In this document: one piece after another, positions 1 through 11,371 of the stretch | Layout of the letters: each line of letters starts with the position of its first letter | How positions within the stretch are numbered: position 1 is the first letter of the stretch | Assembly: GCA_002269645.1 (NCBI GenBank) | Contig: NIVC01003228.1 | Span: forward strand, 45,797-109,796 | Source: Macrostomum lignano | Lineage: Eukaryota | DNA: 64,000 bases | Direction: 5' to 3' | Notes under the pieces: model-generated | Told to the model about the DNA's origin: nothing | Database searches by the model: none | Seen by the model: only the letters and a program-made list of their open reading frames with translations | Made by a program: the position numbers and the translations under genes

Positions 1-1129
1 GTCAACTGTGGTAGAATCGGTTAAAGCGTGCATTCAACTTTGGCAAAAGTGAGCGAATTTTGGCAACACAATAAACTGAACGGAAAACGGTAACAAACGA
101 ACTAGGAAACAAGATTTAAGCACAAAGCACGATACTGTCGTTGTTACTGTTGAAGTCATTGAATAACATCACTGATCAATGTCATTGTAGGTGAGGCAGC
201 GGGGTCCGTAGCTCAGCACGTGTTCGTGCCACTGCCGACATTTTTCGGCGGTGATGGAACTGGACGCTGCCTCAACTTGAGCCGTCAGAATGCGCAGTCG
301 ACGATGCTGCAGCGTCTCACCAGCCTGCGCTGCAGCATGCCTGTCGTGAAGCTCCTGCACGATGCGGGGTTCAGTCAGGCGCCTCTTGAGATCTGCCTTC
401 AAACAGGAGATCGCCATCTCCGCAGCGTTCAGAAATGGCTGTCAGACATCATGACGGCACGTTCACCGGCACCTGCCCATCCCTTTGTCCTTGCCGTCCA
501 CAAATTACAGCCAAACTCGTCCACGTAGATGAGATTGTGTGCTAAGATGCCGGCTTCCATAAACCACTGCATGTGGTCGAAGCGCGCCACCTTGGTGATA
601 TCCGAATTCCAGTGCTCATGCACTCGCCGAACGTCCTTCAGCGTGATGTACAGAGTACAGTCCAGGCGACGGCTGATTGCCTGCACCGACACGCCAGGTG
701 CGCCTGGAAGTTCGGCTTCCATATTCTCCTTCATCTCCATCAACGAGTCACAGCATTTAACATTGGTGGTGTAAATTTTGGCCTCACGGCTCCTCCTCGT
801 TGCTTCAGCGCAACGCGATCTTCAGTGACAAACCTGTGGATAATTGTGTCGGCCGTGGTTCTCTTTATGTCGAGGTCCTTCGCCAGTCGTCTCCAGTCTC
901 TTCCTTCTTGGTAGCTGCGCACCAGCCGTTCTCGATCCCGCAGCGATATACGCGCGTTCGGCATCTTGTTCGGTTGAGTTGCCAAAATTCGCTCACTTTT
1001 GCCAAAGTTGAATGCACGCTTTAACCGATTCTACCACAGTTGACCATAGACATGTTGCTGGCAGGCGTATGCTTTTTCTATGGGCTGCCAAAATTGAAGT
1101 CACTTTTGCCAAATTCGAGCTTGAAAATG
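1..1129 (-). mobile_element. Tc1/mariner-IS630 superfamily DNA transposon, internally deleted, left end outside the window
   Basis: Bases 1-67 are the exact reverse complement of 978-1044. The right TIR appears to run to ...AAAATG at 1129 followed by TA, and contains an internal direct repeat (980-1006 vs 1086-1113). Minus-strand transposase pieces: HTH region (740-985), first catalytic motif IYVDEFG (429-743) and PFLNAAEMAISCLK (SPDLNPIE-like, ~390-440). Confidence 0.85.
169..985 (-). pseudogene. DDE transposase relic, frameshifted, region carrying the second catalytic Asp deleted
   Basis: ORFs 740-985, 429-743 and 169-417 lie in different frames. GERAVMMS is joined almost directly to PFLNAAE. 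Confidence 0.8.
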
Positions 1130-1416
1130 TATATTTATAGTAACTTATGCTATAAATAGCTAACAAACGATTAAATATATGCATGCGCGATTGCATTTAC
1201 TATTGCACGCTCTATTATGCCATCATTAATCATTTGACAGTCAGTAGTGATGATCTCTGTCATCCACCATGCATCAATGCAGCCGGCCAACCAGACGTGC
1301 ATACAGTCAGCCAGTCAGGCAGTCAGTCAGTCAGTCAGTCAGCATATATACATACAAAATAAAATATGCATTGTCAGCTACTACTGAAAGAAGTATTAAA
1401 CCATAACCATTAATCT

Positions 1417-1487
<71 letters not shown>
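1417..1487. repeat. (CTGC)n microsatellite
   Basis: Seen directly. Confidence 0.95.
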
Positions 1488-2419
1488 ACTGAACTACAAT
1501 AATTCATTCATTCTCTCTCTACCCTCCCCCCACACTAACCCTAACCCTAACCCTAACACATAAAACAAACAAATTTTATTCTGGGAGACGCGCTGCGACA
1601 ATTGTTTGTTGTCTATGGTAATCACTCGCCAGTCTATTCATCTGAATATCGACATCTCAATAGCTGAACATGGCTGTTTGCAGTGGCGAGCATGGTCGGT
1701 GCATACGGCTGGTTGCAGTGGTGAGCATGGTCGGTGTACACGAGTGCACATGGAATAGATCGATGTGAGAATAGATACAATAGACAAGAGAAACTCAGAC
1801 ACTTGAGCGAGTATAAATGAATGAACTACTGGGTGATATCCAAATTCACATCCAAAAGAGGAACTTTATTAAAATTTCACCCTAATAGTAAGTGCTGTGG
1901 CATGTCTTGGCAGGAGGCTGTTAAAATTGGAAAATTGATTGATATAAACCAACTGACAGCTGTATATTAATTAGTAAGTCGAGAAAGATCACAATGTTTT
2001 ATATGTTGCTTCTGCCATTTTTAAATCGTTTGTACATATATATTTTTTATTTATGCGATTATATTTTTGCTCATGGTTTGTACATATATTTGGATCCTTA
2101 TTTGATTGGCTGACTTTGTTTCAAAGCGGTCAATTCATTGGGTTGTTAAATAATCGAATGTGTAAAGTGCATGCCGTTACATACGTTATAAAATTTGTTT
2201 GTATAAATATTTAAGTGGTTTATTGACCAAGATTCCGTTGCTGGTTATTGACGCCAAAACTGTGTCCAAGTCATGTACATACAATTTTCAGATGGGTCAA
2301 GATTTTAGTCATGGCCGGTTGCTGTCAAACTTGTCATCATAGATGTCAAAGGAGTGTGATTATAATTGTCAATGTTGCTTTGCTAGTGACTGTAATCAAA
2401 ACTGCTAACCAGTCACTGT

Positions 2420-3210
2420 GGTCACATCACCCGTCAATCGGGGTCACATCACCAGTCAATGTGGTCATATCGCCAGTCCCCGCGGTCACATCACAAGTCA
2501 ATGTGGTCACATCACTAGTCAATAATGTCACATCACCAGTTAACACGGTCACATCACCAGTCACCGCGGTCACATCACCAGTCAACATGGTCACATCACC
2601 AGTCATCGCGGTCACATCACCAGTCATCGCGGTCACATCATCAGTCAACGCGGTCACATCACCAGTAATCGCGGTCACATCACCAGTCAACATGGTCACA
2701 TCACCAGTCATCGCGGTCAAATCACCAGTCAACACGGTCACATAACCAGTCACTGCGGTCACATCACCAGTCACTGCGGTCACATCACCAGTCAACAGGA
2801 TCACATCACCAGTCATCGCGGTCACATCATCAGTCAACGCGGTCAAATTACCAGTAATCGCGGTCACATCACCAGTCAACATGGTCACATCACCAGTCAC
2901 CGCGGTCACATCACCAGTCAACATGATCACATCACCAGTCATCGCGGTCACATCACCAGTCAACGCGGTCACATCACCAGTCATCGCAGTCACATCACCA
3001 GTCAACATGGTCACATCACCAGTCATCGCGGTCACATCACCAGATAACAATGTCACATCACCAGTCACCGCGGTCACATCACCAGTCAAAATGGTCACAT
3101 CACCAGTCATCGCGGTCACATCACCAATCAACGCGGTCACATCACCAGTCATCGCGGTCACATCACTAGTCAACGCGGTCACATCACCAGTCAACACGGT
3201 CACATCACCA
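2420..3210. repeat. 21-bp minisatellite, core GGTCACATCACCAGTC plus 5 variable nt
   Basis: About 37 units. Flanked by an 88-bp direct repeat (2322-2409 and 3277-3364). Confidence 0.95.
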
Positions 3211-4222
3211 TTCACTCTCACTCTCACTCAAGCACAATAATTGGGCTGTAATAGATCAACAAATTAATAGTCTGAACTGTCAAACTTGTCCTCATAAATG
3301 CCAAAGGTGTGTGATTATAATTGCCAATGTTGCTTTGCTAGTGACTGTAATCAAAACTGCTAACATTGTGTATGTATATATGTATGTATGTATGTATGTA
3401 TGTGTGTGTGCGTCTGCTTGTCAAAGTTGTGCTCAATTGAGTCAAATCTGAGTACATGATTTATATTCGATATAACAGAAAAAAGTAAAATATTTTTTTA
3501 AAAGGTAAAAAAGTAAAAAAAGTAAAAGTAAAAACTATCAGCATAAGACAGACAGTATTGACTGTGTGTTAATTAATCCAAGTCTGTTATTTCCGATTGA
3601 TAGCCGCAGTTGAACAAACCCCAATTGTATAGCCTCTCCCCTCCCACACCACTCTCCCGATGCTTTCCTCTCCTCTCCATGCCATGGGCCGCTGCAAGTC
3701 AAAATCACACCCGCCTATTTGTTTCTTCTATTCGTTTGTGACTGCGATTAAGAAAGTACAAGTTAAACTGTCTGGGTTATAATATAGCATGCTGTTTGTA
3801 CACACTCTAAACTCCCTTCTGGCTGAATACTCATTCTACTGCACCTTTTTTGCCATAGACTAAAAATTTGAAGTCTCCCTATCGATTTATCACTCTCGAT
3901 ACGTTGTTGCAGCCATAGACGTAGATTGAGGCCGACCTGTCCATCTCGATGTTTTAAACCCTGACCATTTCGCTCTTGCTCAGTTGTAAGCAGAGCGGCG
4001 TCTTGCGCCCGGCTCTCTCGCTTGCTCTCTCTAGTATAGATAAGCATAGCTACTACGTTCACCTTTCGCGTATCTATCAAGTAAGTTGCAACTGTGCTTT
4101 TTTAAATATGTTTTATTATATCACGAGTGGAGCTACTCCTTTGAAGGTAAAATAGTACGAACTCTCATCCTGGAAATTCTGAAGCGGAAGAACTCCCATT
4201 CACTTTTATAATTATGTCAAAA

Positions 4223-5290
4223 TTGCACTTTCACTATATGTAACAGGTCCCTTACATGCTGCATGTTTAGGTGGAGCAGCCTCTCGGGTATGATATAACA
4301 CTTTAATTATTATTATTTCACATTTGCACTATCACTATATATAACAGGTCCCTTACATGCTGCATGTTTAGGTGGAGCAGCCTCTCGGGTATGCTATAAC
4401 ACTTTAATTATTATTATTTCACATTTGCACTATCACTATATATAACAGGTCCCTTACATGCTGCATGTTTAGGTGGAGCAGCCTCTCGGGTATGCTATAA
4501 CACTTTAATTATTATTATTTCACATTTGCACTATCACTATATATAACAGGTCCCTTACATGCTGCATGTTTAGGTGGAGCAGCCTCTCGGGTATGCTATA
4601 ACACTTTAATTATTATTATTTCACATTTGCACTTTCACTATATATAACAGGTCCCTTACATGCTGCATGTTTAGGTGGAGCAGCCTCTCGGGTATGCTAT
4701 AACACTTTAATTATTATTATTTCACATTTGCACTATCACTATATATAACAGGTCCCTTACATGCTGCATGTTTAGGTGGAGCAGCCTCTCGGGTATGCTA
4801 TAACACTTTAATTATTATTATTTCACATTTGCACTATCACTATATATAACAGGTCCCTTACATGCTGCATGTTTAGGTGGAGCAGCCTCTCGGGTATGCT
4901 ATAACACTTTAATTATTATTATTTCACATTTGCACTATCACTATATATAACAGGTCCCTTACATGCTGCATGTTTAGGTGGAGCAGCCTCTCGGGTATGC
5001 TATAACACTTTAATTATTATTATTTCACATTTGCACTATCACTATATATAACAGGTCCCTTACATGCTGCATGTTTAGGTGGAGCAGCCTCTCGGGTATG
5101 CTATAACACTTTAATTATTATTATTTCACATTTGCACTTTCACTATATATAACAGGTCCCTTACATGCTGCATGTTTAGGTGGAGCAGCCTCTCGGGTAT
5201 GCTATAACACTTTAATTATTATTATTTCACATTTGCACTATCACTATATATAACAGGTCCCTTACATGCTGCATGTTTAGGTGGAGCAAT
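4223..5290. repeat. 101-bp tandem repeat, about 10.5 near-identical copies
   Basis: TTGCACT recurs at 4223, 4324, 4425 and onward. A degenerate copy follows to ~5390. Confidence 0.95.
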
Positions 5291-5617
5291 ATGCTATAGC
5301 ACTTTAACTACAATTATCTAATGATCACAGTTTCGCTATACAACAGGTCTATTACATGATGCGAGTTCAGTTGAAGCAGCCTCTCTATTATAAACCCTTT
5401 TTATTATAGCTAGCGTGTTAAAACAAGTCATGTTTTCTTATGTGTGGAAAGGCATGGAAACTGTATGCGCTACTATTCTGGATAAATTGGGAATCTACTT
5501 CAACGCACTGCTGGCTAATAACTTCAAGCGTTTGAATCTTCATATCGCCAATTCACATAGACTTTCTATCAGTAGCTTTGCAAGTTTTAATAAATATACT
5601 GACGCTGCTGTTCTGAC

Positions 5618-7047
5618 CACAGATTCTATATAACCTAGATTGGTCACTCCAAGAGAAGTTGTTCGCTCATCGAAAACCCAGTGTTTTTGCCACAGACGCG
5701 AGTTGAATACTGCCGCATTAACATATGTTTTTAGTAAACTATGTTATTTGCCTTTAACGCTAGGCGAGTCAATATTGAGAAATGACTTTTAATTGGAGAA
5801 AACGCGAGTAACAAATTTCTGAGCCGAATATTTATTGAATGCGCGGAACATTAAAACAAATAAAGATATTATTACTTCCATAAAGATATGGTGATTAAAC
5901 AAGCAAGCATGACAGGCAAGCATGACAGATAAGCATGACAGATAAGCGTGACAGATAAGCGTGACTGATAAGCATGACAGATAAGCAAACACAGTATTTA
6001 AGAAAGCGTGCCAAATAAGTAAAATAATGAAGCACAGTGAGTACCCTAACCACATGCATCATGTCACAACTTCTTGAGCTTGCGGTTAGCAATAGCGCGA
6101 TCTCTTTCCTTCCGCACAGTCTCCATCTTCTCTCGGCACCACTGATGCAATCGCATGTGCACAAAAAGCCTTGCCGCTTGTGCATTGCTTTCGGCTCGAT
6201 GTTCGATACAAAATGGAAGCTGCACACCAACTCGCTCAAATCTGCCGAGGATTCTTGCCCAAATGGCATCAGCAGCTGCTGCTGTTGCCATTTCTCGACG
6301 AAAAATCTTCTCCATCTTGCAGAATATCGCAACACATGCGCTCGACGGCTGAGTAAGGCCGTATCGAGAATCTTCAAAGTTTTTGTGGGTGAAGATTCGA
6401 GCAGGTGACTCGTCTGTTACCAACTCGACAGCATACGTATCTTCACGATGCAGAACTGGTGGATACATGTTGTCAGCAATGTGGTCTGGTCGCGGCTCGA
6501 CTTCAACCGATTCCTTCTCCAAGCGTGGTGGAAAAGTGTAGGGATTTGGAAGGGCATCTTTTCTAAGTCGAGCTGAACGTCGTTCGTGTAGTGGGCAGGA
6601 GTAATCGGTTTCTTTAAAATGCAGACTGCACACTTTCAGCCTCCGCTGCCGCACAAAATTTAAGTCAACATCGCGTAATTCAAGTATCTCTATCCAACGA
6701 ACTGCTACCTGGTCATCGCTTGGAAATTTGTGTAGATGGACTGCAAATCCATGCACTGAAGCTGGAGTGTCCTCTGTAGTATAGCAGGCAGCTGCACAAC
6801 AAGCGTGGCTACTAAGACGATTGATGATCAGCTCCATGGCTAACGTGCGAAGCAGCAGCTCACAGCCAGCGAGTTTTGAGCTCGCGATAGATTTATCAAA
6901 TAAATTATTAAATGCAGAGTGCTGCGCTGGCAGCAGACAACTGACTGTCTATGGGCAAAACGCTGGGTTTTCGCGGCAGACGGCTGGCGGACGCAGTTTC
7001 CATTGCAAATTCGATGAGTGACCAATCTAGGCAATATAGAATCTGTG
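5618..7047 (-). mobile_element. P-element superfamily non-autonomous transposon (1430 bp)
   Basis: TIR CACAGATTCTATATAACCTAGATTGGTCACTC (5618-5649) matches 7016-7047 with 2 mismatches. Perfect 8-bp TSD GTTCTGAC at 5610-5617 and 7048-7055. Subterminal inverted repeats (CGAAAACCCAG). Encodes a THAP domain. Confidence 0.92.
6064..6837 (-). CDS. 257-aa THAP DNA-binding domain fused in frame to a P-transposase-like C-terminal tail; catalytic core absent
   Basis: THAP signature CCAAAC...HKFP...W...VCSLHF...LRKDALP. The C-terminal GLTQPS...C..H...F..MRLH...ANRKLKKL resembles THAP9/P-transposase tails. ATG at 6837, TGA at 6064. Confidence 0.85.
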   Translation of the reverse strand: MELIINRLSSHACCAAACYTTEDTPASVHGFAVHLHKFPSDDQVAVRWIEILELRDVDLNFVRQRRLKVCSLHFKETDYSCPLHERRSARLRKDALPNPYTFPPRLEKESVEVEPRPDHIADNMYPPVLHREDTYAVELVTDESPARIFTHKNFEDSRYGLTQPSSACVAIFCKMEKIFRREMATAAAADAIWARILGRFERVGVQLPFCIEHRAESNAQAARLFVHMRLHQWCREKMETVRKERDRAIANRKLKKL

Positions 7048-7202
7048 GTTCTGACATTTGCAAACCCAACTGAATGGGTTGGTTAATTGATGGACTTTCG
7101 TGTTTCATTATTGTCATCCAAGGTGACCGTTTGAACTTTTGATATCCAATGAAGGAAAAACAGCTGGATTCATTTAGCACAACTGCTTTTGATCGGTGAT
7201 CG

Positions 7203-8370
7203 AGGTCAAATCACCAGTCTTAGGGGTCAAAACACCAGTAGAGGTCACATCACCAGTCGCCAAGGTCACATCACCAGTCTTAGGGGTCAAAACACCAGTA
7301 GAGGTCACATCACCAGTCACCAAGGTCACATCACCAGTCACCAAGGTCACATCACCAGTCACCAAGGTCACATCACCAGTCACCAAGGTCACATCACCAG
7401 TCACCAAGGTCACATCACCAGTCACCAAGGTCACATCACCAGTCACCAAGGTCACATCACCAGTCACCAAGGTCACATCACCAGTCACCAAGGTCACATC
7501 ACCAGTCACCAAGGTCACATCGCCAGTCACCAAGGTCACATCACCAGTCACCAAGGTCACATCACCAGTCACCAAGGTCACATCACCAGTCACCAAGGTC
7601 ACATCAACAGTCACCAAGGTCACATCAACAGTCACCAAGGTCACATCACCAGTCAACAGGGTCACATCACCAGTCACCAAGGTCACTTCACCAGTCAACA
7701 AGGTCACATCACCAGTCCCCAAGGTCAAAACACCAGTAGAGGTCATAACACCAGTGGAGGTCACATCACCAGTCACCAAGGTCACATCACCAGTCAACAG
7801 GGTCACATCACCAGTCACCAAGGTCACTTCACCAGTCACCAAGGTCACATCACCAGTCACCAAGGTCACATCACCAGTCACCAAGGTCACATCACCAGTC
7901 ACCAAGGTCACATCACCAGTCACCAAGGTCACATCACCAGTCACCAAGGTCACATCAACAGTCACCAAGGTCACATCAACAGTCACCAAGGTCACATCAC
8001 CAGTCAACAGGGTCACTTCACCAGTCACCAAGGTCACTTCACCAGTCAACAAGGTCACATCACCAGTCCCCAAGGTCAAAACACCAGTAGAGGTCATAAC
8101 ACCAGTGGAGGTCACATCACCAGTCACCAAGGTCACATCACCAGTCAACAGGGTCACATCACCAGTCACCAAGGTCACTTCACCAGTCACCAAGGTCACA
8201 TCACCAGTCAATAGGGTCACATCACCAGTCACCGGGGTCACTTCACCAGTCAACAAGATCACATCACTAGTCAACAGGGTCACATCACCAGTCAACACGG
8301 TCACATCACCAGTCACCAAGGTCACATCACCAGTCACCAAGGTCACATCACCAGTCCCCAAGGTCAAAAC
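7203..8370. repeat. 21-bp minisatellite (GGTCACATCACCAGTCACCAA), same family as 2420-3210
   Basis: About 55 units, with an internal higher-order duplication offset ~351 bp (GGTCATAACACC at 7741 and 8092). Confidence 0.95.
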
Positions 8371-9734
8371 ACCAATAGAAGTACAGGGGAGAATCCATTG
8401 TGAATGGAAAGGAAAAGACTGGGAATTGAATTAGGCGTTGAATTTGAAATTTTCAAATGGACATAGAATGAAGAAGAAAAATGCGAAAGCGCCAATTTTA
8501 ATTATATCAATAAACAGATGAATGAATCCAATGCGCATCAATCAATCAATCAATCAATCAAGTATAAATCAGCACAGCGCACTATATTCCAACATTAGTA
8601 TAAAAGAAAGGAAAGAAAAGATCAATCACAATTTATCATAATCCAAGATTCCAGATTTTAAACGGATAATAAAGCACCGATACTCATAACTTATTCGAAA
8701 CTATCATAATATCATCCATCCAATTAAACGTAGAAACAATCAAACGAAGCGGAGACTGGGTGAAATGCGTGAACTGATCAAAACTCGCAAGCAAGAGAAT
8801 AGCTAACTTAACTAACCATAGATTGAAGAATTGGCTGGATGGCTGATTGATTTGCATTCTGCCTTCGATTGATGCTCGCGCGCGCGCGTTTTAATCACTT
8901 AGTAGGCTACCCCCACGCTTTCTATTTCGATACCAGCGAGCTAAATATAAATGGGGGATGACCCTAGACAGTATACAAGTGACCTTGTCATCGGCCAATA
9001 CAGAGCAGCGAAAACCAACCCCCATAATACAAGCCAATAGAGGCGCAAATTTGATGCTAAAATTGGCGAGCATCGTAAATCCTAGGGTCTCAGCTTTTTG
9101 TTTTAGGACACTTCCTCGCACCGACCATACTAAAATTGAGGTGTTAGCACGAATTCAAATTAATAAGTAAGTCTGTAGAATGCGCGACGTCAGACTTGAA
9201 TGACGAAGCTCAAAATTGTTTCTTAGACTTGCCTGTTTGATTTTCTATCAATTGCTCTATAGCTCGTACTAGTAATAACTGACACGTCATTTCTGTGCAC
9301 AGATGATTTCTGTATTTGGTTACCCAAAGCCAGTACACACACCATAGAAACACGATAAAATAGTTGGCTCAGTCACGAATGACTGAGTCATAGCACACTT
9401 ATGATGTCGATTGTTTAAAGTTTCCTGCAACCAAACTTTGCTTAAGTAGTGAATTTCTAAAACAAAAACTACGACAAAGTTGCTTTCCAGAGCGAATTAT
9501 TTCTGGTTTCGTTTAATTCTTCAAGTTTCAGCCATTAGGCCCTGCGAATAAACTGAGCAAATGCTCCAACTGTTCTATGAGTTCTATCATTAGTTGTTTC
9601 CATTCTAGAATATTCTCGCTCATTACAGTATTGTCTACGACGAAAGTTGTCTTTCTTACGACGAATGTCGACGAATGTTAATACTCGACGAATGTTAATG
9701 TTAATAGTCGACGAATGTTAATACTTACTTACTA

Positions 9735-9958
9735 CACCTTTTCACGTTCGATTTTGAACAAAGTCCAGTTCTAAAAAAACTAGCAGAAACTCAATTCAGA
9801 CAATTCAGACTGGGGAAAATTTTGTCTATGGCTAAAACTTGCTTCGGTTGCATAATGTTTTGAACTGGGGTTTGTTGCCCCAGTCGGAATTGTCTGAATT
9901 GAATTTCCGCTAGTTTTTTTAGAACTGGACTTTGTTCAAAATTGAACGTGAAAAAGTG
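9735..9958. mobile_element. MITE with ~85-bp TIRs and TA flanks
   Basis: CACCTTTTCACGTTCGATTTTGAACAAAGTCCAGTTCTAAAAAAACTAGC... is mirrored at the right end. TA on both sides, consistent with a Tc1/mariner-type TSD. Confidence 0.8.
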
Positions 9959-11371
9959 TAATAAACGTTATCTCTCTTATAAACCATAGATTTTATGCCT
10001 TCCGGTAGTATATTCAGAGATGCGGGATGTTATGGGACACGATAATCTAGGTGTTTTCAGGGATTAAATTTGTTTGTTTATATCTTCGTTGTCAGTTGGT
10101 TGTGCCCATAGTCACTAAACATTCAATATGATAAAACTTGAACGGTAACAATATGTAACTGGTAAGCAGTTATCGTCAGAACAAAAGTAGAATAATACGA
10201 CTACGTATCGCGCCATTAGAGCTGGGTTTTGAGGCAGATTTGACGCAAAAAACGCAAATTATACTACTATCTGAAAATGAAGTAAGTAGTATACGAAAAC
10301 GCTATCCTAAGCGTGATATATGGCAATATGTAGTCGTAATAATCCATGTGCTCATATATGTACATTAATTCCATGTACAATAATCCCTATCTATCTCAAA
10401 ATGGATATGTACATTAATCCCATGTACATTAATCCCTATCTATCTCAATTGTCCATGTCTATCCCCAATTCTATATGTACGCAGTATGTGCATTAATCTA
10501 CATGTACAGTGTCATCCCCAGACGGCCCGCGCACGCGCACACCAGAATTACAACTCGAAACCCTACTACATGTACAGTTGTACAATCTCATCTACTGCCA
10601 AATGAGCCAACTAATTGTGTAGCTCACAACGTAAACGTATATTTCCAATGTACATTCTCAGACAGATTTGAATAATACTGGTCGGAGTCTATATGTACAT
10701 CGATAGCCTCTATACTCATATCCGCTACATACCCTCGGAGACTGTAGGTTTGAATATGCTGATAATTTATTCAAAATCACTTATAAAATACACATACTTT
10801 CATATGGAGGCGGGCCTGTACAAACTCTCGCCAAGCGACGGGGTGGAGGTTGCGTCATCCAAGCCTCTCCCCAAGTCAGACCCCAAATACAAGACTGTGT
10901 TGAAGCAGTGCTTTATATTTCTATATTGACAGTGCGGATGATACAAGAATTTCGGCTTGTAAGCTCGGAATTTTCTTATCGCATTTTCAAGTTTATCGCA
11001 CTGCCCCCAGCTGCTGCAGGGCGGTGCAGCTCGATAAATAAAAAAGCACTTTCTCAATGCCAAGCTCTTTCCCAAGATTAGGACTTCAACGACAGTACAA
11101 AAGGTGGTCTTTTGTACGATCCGACATGTGTATTTTATACTTTACAAAGGTGAAGGGTGACTCATTGTGCCAGTGAGTGGGAAAGCAGTTATTATAGCAA
11201 TCATAAAAACGGACAAGCAAAAGCACTCCCTCCGACTTGAAAGTAATTTTTTGATTTCTTTACTTTTCCCGATGTTTCCCGATGTTTCCCGATGTTTCCA
11301 GAGTCACAGATGAATTATCAATGTCGAATTGCAAGCTCGTCAAGGCAGGCAGCTGGTTGCTGAGGCCTCCG

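Noticed and set aside
1535-1557. Interstitial telomeric (CCCTAA)n
   Set aside because: Only about 4 units within a low-complexity tract.
2248-8434. (VTSP)n / (TGDV)n ORFs
   Set aside because: 21-bp minisatellites open in several frames on both strands.
10360-11075. TACATGTAC-rich tract and ORF 10800-11075 as a Helitron relic or gene
   Set aside because: No recognisable domain, termini or hairpin-CTRR end could be established.
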